From: a virus
Length of the DNA: 64,000 nt
Reading direction: 5' to 3' (one strand)
Virus record (IMG/VR): IMGVR_UViG_3300045988_147856
Part shown: in pieces, positions 18,161-26,870 of the stretch
Layout of the letters: each line of letters opens with the position of its first letter
Numbering within the stretch: position 1 is the first letter of the stretch
Translations under genes and position numbers: made by a program
Notes under the pieces: model-generated
The model's database searches: none
What the model saw: only the letters and a program-made list of their open reading frames with translations
What the model was told of the DNA's origin: nothing

Positions 18161-18613
18161 ATGGACGCAGTAGATTACCTTAAGACAAAAGAGCGAATGT
18201 GCGGAAAGTCATCTGGTTGCTCCATGTGTCCGTTTGCTATGGGCGAACCCTTTGGCTGTGAGACCGTTGAATCTCAGCACCCCGAAGAGGCTGTAGAGAT
18301 GGTTGAGAAGTGGGGTGTGGAACATCCGGTAGAAACATACATAAGTGACTTCCTCAAGAAGTTCCCGAACGCGATATTGGACGACAAAGGCTATCCCCCT
18401 GAGTGCGTGAGATACCTTTACGGCAACGACCATACTCCACTCGGCGACCGTGGGTGCGTTGGTGTTTCTTGCTCGGATTGTTGGAATAGACCTATAAAGA
18501 AAGAGAAGTGTAGATATTATAAGGTTGAACACGGAGCAAAAGTGTGCATCGGTCAAAAGGGTGAGCCGTCGTGTAAGTGTGGCGGCGACGTGAATTGCTG
18601 TGAGAGAGACTAA
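18161..18613 (+). CDS. Cys-rich hypothetical protein
   Basis: ORF in the operon with many CxxC pairs. Confidence 0.4.
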   Translation: MDAVDYLKTKERMCGKSSGCSMCPFAMGEPFGCETVESQHPEEAVEMVEKWGVEHPVETYISDFLKKFPNAILDDKGYPPECVRYLYGNDHTPLGDRGCVGVSCSDCWNRPIKKEKCRYYKVEHGAKVCIGQKGEPSCKCGGDVNCCERD

Positions 18614-18626
18614 AAGGAGAAGATAA

Positions 18627-18974
18627 ATGGGTTATTACTTTAACAGAGAAGATATTTTAAATGGCGCAAAAGACTGCGTTTGCAGGAGCAGGGAGGCGGA
18701 ATACAGCTCGCCTGAGAACAGCTTTACCGCGATAGCAAATTTGTGGACGAGCTATCTCGATGCGGCATTCCCGGACGAAAAGGTTTTGCTGACCTGTAAA
18801 GATGTCGCCGCTATGATGGTGCTTTTTAAAATGGCAAGGGTGGCGACCGGTAGAGGCAAGGCTGATAACTGGATAGACGCGGCGGGGTATGCGGCGTGTG
18901 GTGGTGAGACCGAGAAGATAATTCGACCCGACACAGAAGCCTCGAAGGACACTGACTGTGTGGTGGTTGTGTGA
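18627..18974 (+). CDS. Conserved phage protein (DUF6378-like pattern)
   Basis: SPENSFTAIANLWTSYL...VAAMMVLFKMARV...ADNWIDAAGYAACGGE. Confidence 0.45.
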   Translation: MGYYFNREDILNGAKDCVCRSREAEYSSPENSFTAIANLWTSYLDAAFPDEKVLLTCKDVAAMMVLFKMARVATGRGKADNWIDAAGYAACGGETEKIIRPDTEASKDTDCVVVV

Positions 18975-19315
18975 GAAAGAAAAAGCTAAAACGGGAGCTA
19001 AATTCTCTACGCACCGACCTCGAAGCCGCTAAGAGCAATGCTGATTTTTGGAAGGGATATGCAGAGTTCAGTCAAGAAAAATTAGAAGATAACAAACAAC
19101 TCCGCGAGGAGAACTTAAGACTAAACAGGCTGCTCGCAGAGGTGACAAGTGACCTTAACGCACTTCGCCGAAGTAGTGGATTCGCTCATGCTTACTGCGC
19201 TTACGATGAGTGGTTAGACAAAGAATACTGTGACCGTTGCAGAGAGAACGGATATAACGATTGGAAATGGAGAGGAGTTTTAAAAAATGAAGAGAATCAT
19301 TGGCGAGATATTTGA
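18971..19315 (+). CDS. Hypothetical coiled-coil protein
   Basis: ORF in the operon. Confidence 0.4.
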   Translation: MRKKKLKRELNSLRTDLEAAKSNADFWKGYAEFSQEKLEDNKQLREENLRLNRLLAEVTSDLNALRRSSGFAHAYCAYDEWLDKEYCDRCRENGYNDWKWRGVLKNEENHWRDI

Positions 19316-19715
19316 CTGGATTACAGCAATAGATGAGGCGATAGAAATAACTGCCAAAGATGAGGCTCATAGCGACCACAAGGGTGACGAGCCACAGATA
19401 CATACGTGTCCCGCAGACTGCAAGGGAGCACCCGGTGCCAACTGGCACTCAATAGAAACTGTCGGCGACCTGCCCGAGTACAGTGGCAAATTTATCGTGA
19501 CGATTGAGGAGCTTTTTTATTCAATCAATTGTATACACTCGAGACCCCGCAACGAGAGAGCGACCGTTACAGCGTGGTACGACGCCGACTCGATGACTTG
19601 GGAGATTGACGGCGTGGACGAACCTATAGACGCAGTTGAGGGTGGAAGTGTTGACGGTGTGCTCACCTTTGTGATGGCGTGGCAGATACTTCCTGAGCCT
19701 TACGAGGAGGACTGA
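19287..19715 (+). CDS. Hypothetical protein
   Basis: ORF in the operon. Confidence 0.4.
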   Translation: MKRIIGEIFDWITAIDEAIEITAKDEAHSDHKGDEPQIHTCPADCKGAPGANWHSIETVGDLPEYSGKFIVTIEELFYSINCIHSRPRNERATVTAWYDADSMTWEIDGVDEPIDAVEGGSVDGVLTFVMAWQILPEPYEED

Positions 19716-19719
19716 TGGG

Positions 19720-19932
19720 ATGATTAATATTCTTAGAAATGGAGCAAGCAAAACACTTGAGTTTAAGTGTTCGACCTGCGGGTGCGTTTTCGAAGCAGAC
19801 ATAAATAGCTATGTTCTGACGGGAGAGGAGATTGTTCGTGAGTCATACGATGGGGCGCACAAAGTTGTTGTGTATGCACCTTATACAATGTCAAAATGCC
19901 CGTGCTGCGGACGAGTAGCATACGAGGCTTAA
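19720..19932 (+). CDS. Hypothetical zinc-ribbon protein
   Basis: CSTCG...CPCCG. Confidence 0.4.
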   Translation: MINILRNGASKTLEFKCSTCGCVFEADINSYVLTGEEIVRESYDGAHKVVVYAPYTMSKCPCCGRVAYEA

Positions 19933-19958
19933 CTTATATATACGGAGGTTTACAAAAC

Positions 19959-20162
19959 ATGAAAGTAATACTTTATACGACGCATTGCCCTAAATGCAAT
20001 GTGCTGACGACCAAACTGAAATCGAAGGGAGTGGACTACGAAGAAATTACCGATGTGGATGTTATGAGAGACAAGGGTTTTATGTCAACTCCTATGCTTG
20101 AGGTTGACGGAAAGACAATGACTTTCGTCGAAGCAATTAAATGGGTTAACGAGGTGGTGTGA
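19959..20162 (+). CDS. nrdH: Glutaredoxin-like NrdH redoxin
   Basis: RBS ACGGAGG precedes the ATG at 19959. MKVILYTTHCPKCNVL carries the CxxC motif, and the gene sits directly upstream of nrdD. Confidence 0.7.
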   Translation: MKVILYTTHCPKCNVLTTKLKSKGVDYEEITDVDVMRDKGFMSTPMLEVDGKTMTFVEAIKWVNEVV

Positions 20163-20165
20163 TAT

Positions 20166-22094
20166 ATGAAGTTCAATATAGATAGTCTCGATAGAAGTTT
20201 TGTAATTGAATATAATCGTCTGCAAAATGCTTACCCAGAGAGGCTGAGCGAGCTCAATGGGTTTGGAGATAAACAGCTCAACTATACCGATTTCATCGAC
20301 AATTTTGTTGATAAGCAAACCATAGCAGACGCGAGTATAGATGGTAACGCGAATGTTGCACACAAGGATATTGTTTCGCTCATAAACGAAATGTCGAAGC
20401 CCCATTCAAAACTTTTGGCGTTCAACAAGATATTTCATGAGTTGACTAAGAAGTATGGACACGAGGATGCCACTGAGTGGCTGAAGGGCGAGTGGGACGG
20501 ACACTTTTATCTGCACGACGCTCATAGCTCGTCTTGGGTTCCGTATTGCTTCGCTTATGATATAGACGAACTGGTGAAGCGCGGACTCTATTTCATAGAT
20601 AACTTTAATGCGGCTCCGCCTCAGCACCTCAATACATATACTGATTTTGTCAGCGAATTTGTGTCGTGGACGTGCAATAGGTCTTCAGGCGCGGTTGGGC
20701 TTCCGAGTTTTCTCGTTTATTCGTATTACTTCTGGAAGAAAGATTGCGACGAAGGTTACTTTGTAAAGTCTCCCGAATATTACAGAGACCAGTCTTTTCA
20801 GGAGATAATCTATCGACTTAATCAGCCCTATCTGAGGGGCGGAATCCAGTCGGCTTTTACCAACTTCTCAATATTTGATAAGCCATATCTTGAAGCGCTC
20901 TTCGGCGGTAAAGAGTTCCCCGACGGCACATTCATTATAGATTATATCGACGAGATTAAAGAATATCAGAAGGCGTTTATGAAAGTGCTTTCAGATACAA
21001 GAAGAGAGAACCTTATGACATTTCCGGTTGTTTCGTTCGCTCTTCTTAGACAGAACGGCAAGTTCGTAGATGAGGATTTTGCAAAGTGGTGTTGCCGTCA
21101 TAACATGAAGTGGGCGGATAGTAACATTTTCGTATCAGAGGATGTTACAAGCTTGAGTAACTGCTGTCGTCTGAAAAGCAACATAAAGGAGCTTGGCTAC
21201 TTCAACAGCATCGGCGGGTCGGCGCTTGAGGTTGGATCTATTAAGGTAAATACAATAAACCTCGCCCGTCTTGCCTACGAGACAACATCAGAGGAAGAGT
21301 ATCTTGAAGCTCTTAAGGGTCGAGTAATTACCTGTGCAAAAACTCTTGATGTTATTAGAGATATCATGAAACGAAACACAGAAAAGGGGCTGCTTCCCAA
21401 TTACGCGCTCGGTATTATCAACATGAAGTCGCAGTACAACACCGTTGGTATTATCGGTGTGTATGAAGCGTTGCAGAAGTTTGGCTACACCTATCACGAC
21501 GAGTTCGGTAATACATATTATAAAGACGAGGGCATAGAGTTCGCCAAGAAGATACTCGCGACAATCACCGAGATTAAAGACGAGTTCGTCAAGGATAAGG
21601 ACTACATGATGAACATCGAACAGGTTCCCGGAGAGAGAGCTGCGGCTGTTCTTATGGAAAAAGACAAGCTATTCTTTCCCGATGAGAAATACGACCTTCC
21701 TCTGTACGGCAACCAGTGGATTCCGCTCGGCATAAAGACAACCATAGCTGAAAAGGTTAGAGTGAGTGCTATTCTTGACAAGGCTTGTTCAGGCGGCAGT
21801 ATAGTGCATATTAACATCAGTTCTCCATTCAACAGTTTCGATGAAGCTTGGTATATGATGAATTATGTGGCAGATGCGGGTGTTAACTACTTTGCCTTTA
21901 ATCTTCGTATATCGGCTTGTGACAACAATCATGGATTCTTTGGAGATACTTGTCCCGAGTGTGGACACCCCGTTGAGACGACATATCAGCGTATAGTCGG
22001 TTTCCTTACGCCTACTAAGACCTACTCTGAGGCTCGTAAGAAAGAGTTTGCTATGCGTGACTGGTTTGACCTTAACAATATAGGAGAACTTTAA
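20166..22094 (+). CDS. nrdD: Anaerobic ribonucleoside-triphosphate reductase
   Basis: 642 aa with a C-terminal zinc ribbon (CPECG) followed by the glycyl-radical region RIVGFLTP. Confidence 0.9.
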   Translation: MKFNIDSLDRSFVIEYNRLQNAYPERLSELNGFGDKQLNYTDFIDNFVDKQTIADASIDGNANVAHKDIVSLINEMSKPHSKLLAFNKIFHELTKKYGHEDATEWLKGEWDGHFYLHDAHSSSWVPYCFAYDIDELVKRGLYFIDNFNAAPPQHLNTYTDFVSEFVSWTCNRSSGAVGLPSFLVYSYYFWKKDCDEGYFVKSPEYYRDQSFQEIIYRLNQPYLRGGIQSAFTNFSIFDKPYLEALFGGKEFPDGTFIIDYIDEIKEYQKAFMKVLSDTRRENLMTFPVVSFALLRQNGKFVDEDFAKWCCRHNMKWADSNIFVSEDVTSLSNCCRLKSNIKELGYFNSIGGSALEVGSIKVNTINLARLAYETTSEEEYLEALKGRVITCAKTLDVIRDIMKRNTEKGLLPNYALGIINMKSQYNTVGIIGVYEALQKFGYTYHDEFGNTYYKDEGIEFAKKILATITEIKDEFVKDKDYMMNIEQVPGERAAAVLMEKDKLFFPDEKYDLPLYGNQWIPLGIKTTIAEKVRVSAILDKACSGGSIVHINISSPFNSFDEAWYMMNYVADAGVNYFAFNLRISACDNNHGFFGDTCPECGHPVETTYQRIVGFLTPTKTYSEARKKEFAMRDWFDLNNIGEL

Positions 22095-22567
22095 TGCGAG
22101 TAAAAGCAATCGAAGTAGAGGCGTTTGGGGACTATAAATATCCTGCAATGCTTATAGGTGCTAACGGTTGCGACTGGAAATGCGAGAGAGATTGCGGGGA
22201 GAAGCTGTGTCAAAACTCTTCCCTTGCAACTTCTCCCACTATCGAGGTTGCTCCGCATAGACTGTTTGAGCTTTATCAGTCGAGCACTGTGACGAAAGCA
22301 GTTGTGTTTGGCGGGTTGGAGCCCATACTTCAAATAGAAGAGATTCTTGAAGTTATTGATTATTTTCGTCAGCGCACAGACGACCCTATCATAATTTACA
22401 CGGGGTATATACCCGATGAAATTGAGTCTAAACTAAACGAGCTCAGACGATACAAAAACATTATCGTAAAGTTCGGGCGGTTTATCCCAAACCAAGAGCC
22501 CCACAGAGACGATGTTCTTGGGGTGATGTTAGCAAGTAACAACCAGTATGCGAAAAAGATAAGCTAA
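22094..22567 (+). CDS. nrdG: Anaerobic RNR activating radical-SAM protein (short phage type)
   Basis: GCDWKCERDCGEKLC cluster and GGLEP SAM-binding motif. The start is coupled to the nrdD stop. Confidence 0.7.
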   Translation: MRVKAIEVEAFGDYKYPAMLIGANGCDWKCERDCGEKLCQNSSLATSPTIEVAPHRLFELYQSSTVTKAVVFGGLEPILQIEEILEVIDYFRQRTDDPIIIYTGYIPDEIESKLNELRRYKNIIVKFGRFIPNQEPHRDDVLGVMLASNNQYAKKIS

Positions 22568-22576
22568 GGAGGTAAT

Positions 22577-22846
22577 ATGGAAGATAGACTTACAATTAAG
22601 TTTGAATTAAAGACCCAGAAAGGGTATCAATCTACAAAGTCTATATCTACTCAACCACCTAATAAAGGCTCAAATGTTCAGCCGGCAAAAAACGATAATA
22701 TCTTCCTTGTGCAGTGTGGTTATTCGAGACGAGACAATATTTTTATGGAGTCTCTTACAGACGACGAGCTTGAGGCGGTAGCTTACTTTCTTGAGGATTA
22801 TAGACTGGCTAAGAAGAATAAGGAGAAGAATAATGAAGAAGATTAA
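22577..22846 (+). CDS. Hypothetical protein
   Basis: ORF in the operon. Confidence 0.4.
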   Translation: MEDRLTIKFELKTQKGYQSTKSISTQPPNKGSNVQPAKNDNIFLVQCGYSRRDNIFMESLTDDELEAVAYFLEDYRLAKKNKEKNNEED

Positions 22847-23264
22847 AATAAAGTATCATGACGCGAATATGGAGCGTCTTCAGAAAATATCACAGGGCGA
22901 CTGGATAGATCTCAGGGCTGCTGAAACTGTAGAACTTAAGAGGGGAGAGTTTAAGATTATATCCCTCGGCGTATCTATGAAGCTTCCCGACGGTTACGAG
23001 GCTCATGTTGTACCGAGAAGCAGTACATACAAGAACTTCAAGGTCATACAGGCTAACAGCATGGGAATTATAGATAACAGCTACAGCGGTGACAACGATG
23101 TGTGGATGTTCCCTGCGATAGCTCTTGAAGATACAAAAATTGAAAAGGGTGACAGAATATGCCAGTTTCGCATAGTGAAATCTATGCCTAAAGTGCGTCT
23201 CGACGAAGTAGACCATCTCGATGACCAGTCCAGAGGCGGGTTCGGTTCTACGGGAGTGAAGTAA
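22833..23264 (+). CDS. dut: dUTP diphosphatase
   Basis: RBS AAGGAG precedes the ATG at 22833. Motifs [10 protein letters not shown] and C-terminal RGGFGSTG. Confidence 0.85.
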   Translation: MKKIKIKYHDANMERLQKISQGDWIDLRAAETVELKRGEFKIISLGVSMKLPDGYEAHVVPRSSTYKNFKVIQANSMGIIDNSYSGDNDVWMFPAIALEDTKIEKGDRICQFRIVKSMPKVRLDEVDHLDDQSRGGFGSTGVK

Positions 23265-23288
23265 TGAAGAATAACAAGCTTTTGTTTT

Positions 23289-23696
23289 ATGTCTTGTCGT
23301 TCACTTGGGGTTTTGCCTATGACGCTTGTCGGCGTGGTTGCCGCCGCAGTTATGCTGTTGCTCTTCAGGAAGCCGGAGCTGTGTGGCTATTGTATAAGGT
23401 TTAGGATTGGCAACGGCTGGGGTGGTGTGTCGCTTGGACTAACGATAATTACAGACAACCAGTCAGAGAGCGAGATTACATACCACGAACACGGTCATGC
23501 AATTCAGAACACGCTCTATGGTTTCTTTATGCCGGTTTTCGTATGTATTCCCTCGATGATACGATATTGGCACAGAGAATACCTTGTGCGGATAAAAGGG
23601 TATAGATATAGCTCTTTACCCGCTTACGACGACGCATGGTATGAGGGACAGGCGACCAGATGGGGCACAGAATTTATGGCAAATCTCGGACGGTAA
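23289..23696 (+). CDS. Membrane protein with an HExxH zincin motif; possibly N-terminally extended by a frameshift from 23265
   Basis: TM helices plus YHEHGHAIQN. An upstream ORF ([17 protein letters not shown]) in another frame would join it at a T4 run near 23305. Confidence 0.5.
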   Translation: MSCRSLGVLPMTLVGVVAAAVMLLLFRKPELCGYCIRFRIGNGWGGVSLGLTIITDNQSESEITYHEHGHAIQNTLYGFFMPVFVCIPSMIRYWHREYLVRIKGYRYSSLPAYDDAWYEGQATRWGTEFMANLGR

Positions 23697-23786
23697 TTTT
23701 AGCCTACAAGTTAACTCGTGAGATATTTAAACTTCAAGTTTATAATCTAAAAACAGTAAAAAGTGAGCTAAAATAAAGAATAACGG

Positions 23787-23814
23787 TTGACTTCCTTTAT
23801 TAATGTGGTATAAT
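23787..23814 (+). promoter_or_regulatory. Sigma-A-type promoter with an extended -10
   Basis: TTGACT, 16 nt spacer, TGgTATAAT. Confidence 0.6.
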
Positions 23815-23851
23815 TCCAGTAGAGAACCTCTCGGTTCCTATACACCTATTT

Positions 23852-23883
23852 AAGAGCGGTTTTGCTTAAGCAAAACCGCTCTT
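23852..23883 (+). promoter_or_regulatory. Perfect 13-bp hairpin in the leader between two promoters
   Basis: AAGAGCGGTTTTG CTTAAG CAAAACCGCTCTT with no U-tract after it. Confidence 0.4.
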
Positions 23884-23898
23884 GTCCTATAAAAGGTA

Positions 23899-23926
23899 TT
23901 GACAATATATTTCTATAAGTTATAAT
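23899..23926 (+). promoter_or_regulatory. Sigma-A-type promoter
   Basis: TTGACA, 16 nt spacer, TATAAT, 37 nt upstream of the ATG at 23964. Confidence 0.6.
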
Positions 23927-23963
23927 TAGCCTGTAGATAAAACAAACGGTAAGGAGGAGCTTT

Positions 23964-24209
23964 ATGACTTTAGAGAAGTATTTCGAAAAGACCGGCAAAA
24001 TTTATGGCGTTTCAAGTAAGTTTGATTTCGGTAAGTGGCATCACCGATTAGCCGAGTTTGACAGCTTAGAAGAAGCTTATAAGTGGCTTAACACTGAAGA
24101 GGGCGACTTCCGCACAAGAGAGATTGGGTCAAAGACTCACATTGCTAAGATTGCCGGTATAACCCCTCAAAAGTTAGACGAAGAACTAAAGCCTTATTTT
24201 ATGAGATAA
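23964..24209 (+). CDS. Hypothetical 81-aa protein; moron-like unit with its own promoters and terminator
   Basis: RBS AAGGAGGAG, tandem promoters upstream and a bidirectional terminator downstream. Confidence 0.5.
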   Translation: MTLEKYFEKTGKIYGVSSKFDFGKWHHRLAEFDSLEEAYKWLNTEEGDFRTREIGSKTHIAKIAGITPQKLDEELKPYFMR

Positions 24210-24215
24210 TTTAGG

Positions 24216-24256
24216 TAAAAAAAACGGGTAGGGAGAAATCCCTACCCGTTTTTTTA
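24216..24256. terminator. Bidirectional intrinsic terminator at the convergence of the two genome arms
   Basis: AAAAAAAACGGGTAGGGA GAAA TCCCTACCCGTTTTTTT. Confidence 0.85.
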
Positions 24257-24257
24257 C

Positions 24258-24581
24258 TTAGCCTTCTTCGTTCTCGTTTGCGTCTTCGTCGGGCTTTACT
24301 TCACTCTGTTCTTTAGCATTGCCCTGAGCATGAAGAAACTCGTCCGCCGCCTGAGCTGCCGCAGTGAAGCTGTTATTCTTCCAGTAGCTGACGACGCCAG
24401 TTACGATGGCGAGCACGACACTGACTATTGCGTACAGCTGATTCTCATCAAAACTGATGCCCGCAACGCCAAATGCGCCGAGTGTGAGGTTGACAAGAGA
24501 GCCTACCATAAGAATAAGGCGAACCCAAGTACCAACCGATACATTACTAAGATTCTCAATAATGTCTTTGAATTTTTGCAT
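24258..24581 (-). CDS. Holin (LL-H/phi-LC3-like)
   Basis: RBS GGGAGG precedes the ATG at 24581. Two TM helices, the SYWKNNSFTAAA motif and an acidic tail. Confidence 0.7.
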   Translation of the reverse strand: MQKFKDIIENLSNVSVGTWVRLILMVGSLVNLTLGAFGVAGISFDENQLYAIVSVVLAIVTGVVSYWKNNSFTAAAQAADEFLHAQGNAKEQSEVKPDEDANENEEG

Positions 24582-24585
24582 AATC

Positions 24586-24870
24586 TTACCTCCCAAATAT
24601 AAATGCGATAAAGGCTGTCATAGCAGCACCGATAAGAGCAGACACAATGGTCTCCCAACGCTTGCTGGGGCGGTCTTTTAAATCGTCTATTGCTTGCTGA
24701 AGCTTTCCGAGGGTTTCAATAACCGTGTTAAGCTTAGAAGTAACAACGCCCTGAGTTTTATCTATATCGTCAACCTCTTTATCAAGAGTGGTGTACTCTT
24801 TTTCAAGCACCTCGACGCGCCTTTTGAGGTTCTTTATCTCTGTCTCTAAGGCGTCCATACTGATTGCCAT
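24586..24870 (-). CDS. xhlA: XhlA-like lysis accessory protein
   Basis: A coiled-coil N-terminus with a single C-terminal TM (RWETIVSALIGAAMTAFIAFIFG), lying between the amidase and the holin. Confidence 0.6.
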   Translation of the reverse strand: MAISMDALETEIKNLKRRVEVLEKEYTTLDKEVDDIDKTQGVVTSKLNTVIETLGKLQQAIDDLKDRPSKRWETIVSALIGAAMTAFIAFIFGR

Positions 24871-25883
24871 TACGATACCTCCTTAAGATATTTAACGGCA
24901 ACCCATGACATGATATCCGAAAGCAGAGCCTCCTTCACGCCACTGTTTGTTTGAATTTTTGAGACCTTGTGTTTTGTGGGCGCGAGCTGAGCTTTAGGCA
25001 CAGCCTTACCTCTCGTATTAGAGAGTCCGCCGTAAACTGCCCCAGTCTTAATTGTTACTGTGGAGCCTACGCCTATTTTTTTTGACGCACTCTTAACCAA
25101 CGAAAGGTCTGCCGCGTACACCCATGAGTTAATCTCCTTAAGCAAAACTTTGTTTCCACTCACAGACTTAACTGTGTGTTTACGGAGCTTAACCCATACA
25201 GGAATACTCTGTCCTGTGGCATACTTCTTGCCCGTAATCTTAACGATATCTCCCGCCTTTATGGCAGAAGCGGGCTGGGTAGGAGTGGATGGCGTTGTCG
25301 GCGTAACAGCTGGCGCACTCGCTGTTGTCTTCTTAAGTTTATATACAGAAGCAACCGCGTCGGCTATTGCAATACCGCACTGTTTCTGCCCAGATGCGTT
25401 CTCAACGTGTTTACGATCAGAGGTTGTATCAATAAAAACGGTCTCGACGAGGAGGCTCTGACATTTGACCTCTCTAACGAAACCAAAGTAGTTTGTGTTA
25501 TTTTGTACCTTAACTTTTGCGCCACGATTCGGGATGCCGAACTTTGTAGCAATACTCTTACTAATCGCACCGGCTATTGTCTTACCGGCGTTGTTGCCTA
25601 CTTTATAGTAAACCTCAGAGCCCGTGCCGTGTGCGGCGTTAAGATGTATCTCCATAGCAAGGTCATACTTGCCAGCGTTTATAGTCTTAATACGACTATA
25701 AAGACTCTTGTCTGCGTCGTAATTTATCAGCGTTACATTACAGCCGTACTCACGAAGGGCTGCCGCCGCGTACTTACCGATTTCTCGACCTATCTTAAAT
25801 TCTTGAAAACCGCCGCCACACGCTCCGCTGTCGTAGCCGCCCCTTTCATTTTTACCGTGTCCGATAGACATAGCTATGTTCAT
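24870..25883 (-). CDS. Endolysin: N-acetylmuramoyl-L-alanine amidase (Amidase_3) with C-terminal SH3-like wall-binding repeats
   Basis: MNIAMSIGHGKNERGGYDSGA and MEIHLNA motifs. Two KxxxxV..W repeats lie after a Thr/Pro linker. Confidence 0.85.
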   Translation of the reverse strand: MNIAMSIGHGKNERGGYDSGACGGGFQEFKIGREIGKYAAAALREYGCNVTLINYDADKSLYSRIKTINAGKYDLAMEIHLNAAHGTGSEVYYKVGNNAGKTIAGAISKSIATKFGIPNRGAKVKVQNNTNYFGFVREVKCQSLLVETVFIDTTSDRKHVENASGQKQCGIAIADAVASVYKLKKTTASAPAVTPTTPSTPTQPASAIKAGDIVKITGKKYATGQSIPVWVKLRKHTVKSVSGNKVLLKEINSWVYAADLSLVKSASKKIGVGSTVTIKTGAVYGGLSNTRGKAVPKAQLAPTKHKVSKIQTNSGVKEALLSDIMSWVAVKYLKEVS

Positions 25884-25915
25884 GTTTAATCCTCTCTTTC
25901 TATGCCGTCTCAAAA

Positions 25916-26239
25916 TTATTTATCTTTAGGCGCGAATATCTTTCCGTAGACAATAGGTGATTTAACAATAAATTTATCGTTCCCCGCTAAAACCTGTATG
26001 GCTATCTCACCGTCTTTCTTTGTTAAAATAGAAGGAACGATATATGATAAAAACTCGTCATCTACTTTAATATCGCTAACACTTTTTACAGTGTCGCCCA
26101 CAAGAAAATCTATAGAATAAAAGCTCGCACCTTGTAAATCTGGTGTAAGTTGAAAAATAAGCTTAGTCGCCTCATTTTCTCCGACATAACCCATATTAAA
26201 GCGAGAGCTTCTCCATAAATCAATTATTACTTCTCGCAT
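25916..26239 (-). CDS. Tail fibre/baseplate accessory protein, paralog 1 of the MREVxIDL N-domain
   Basis: MREVIIDLWRSSRFNMGYVGENEATKLIFQLTPDL is shared with the genes starting at 28779 and 29354. Confidence 0.45.
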   Translation of the reverse strand: MREVIIDLWRSSRFNMGYVGENEATKLIFQLTPDLQGASFYSIDFLVGDTVKSVSDIKVDDEFLSYIVPSILTKKDGEIAIQVLAGNDKFIVKSPIVYGKIFAPKDK

Positions 26240-26667
26240 TAGCTCAATTCCTCAAAATATACTCCGACGAGCTGCGACGGCAGATAGTGCAGTATAGTAC
26301 CTTGACCGTTGCTGTCGTCGCGTATGCACTTGTATATCTTGCCGCCGTCGGCATAATATAGGTCTTTATAGTACCGCATACCCTCAGCGGCGGTTATCGG
26401 ATTTTCAAGCGTTCCGTCCTCGCCGACCGTGATTCTTTCCCAATGCGCGGCGACATTTTCCGGCTGCCATGTCGGGTTAGCCGATATAGCGTTATAGCAC
26501 CGATACAGACCGCTCGGTCTGCGGACTATACTGCCGACCGCATAATCGACATATCCACTCCAAAGCGGATAAAGCTCTGCATACTCAAGTACCTCCGCGT
26601 CCGTCGTGACCTTTGTCAACACGCCGTTGATTTTGTCGCGATAAGCCTTTGCCTCTGCGCGTGTCAT
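26239..26667 (-). CDS. Tail-associated protein with a CBM5/12-like carbohydrate-binding motif
   Basis: GLYRCYNAISANPTWQPENVAAHWERI resembles the chitin-binding CBM5/12 signature. Confidence 0.55.
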   Translation of the reverse strand: MTRAEAKAYRDKINGVLTKVTTDAEVLEYAELYPLWSGYVDYAVGSIVRRPSGLYRCYNAISANPTWQPENVAAHWERITVGEDGTLENPITAAEGMRYYKDLYYADGGKIYKCIRDDSNGQGTILHYLPSQLVGVYFEELS

Positions 26668-26870
26668 GCGCTGTCACCTCCTGTGATTATCTCAAGCGCT
26701 TCGGAATCGGTGATTTGCTCTTCCGGCTCGTCAATTTCCACCCAATTTTCTGCACTGTCGTTGACTCCGAGGTGGACGGTTGTCGCGATAACATCACCTT
26801 TTTGCAGTGCCTTACCGTCGTCTGCCGTGAGTATATTACCATTAATTGTCATGCTGTTACCACCGTCCAT
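26664..26870 (-). CDS. Hypothetical tail-module protein
   Basis: ORF with coupled overlaps on both sides. Confidence 0.4.
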   Translation of the reverse strand: MDGGNSMTINGNILTADDGKALQKGDVIATTVHLGVNDSAENWVEIDEPEEQITDSEALEIITGGDSA

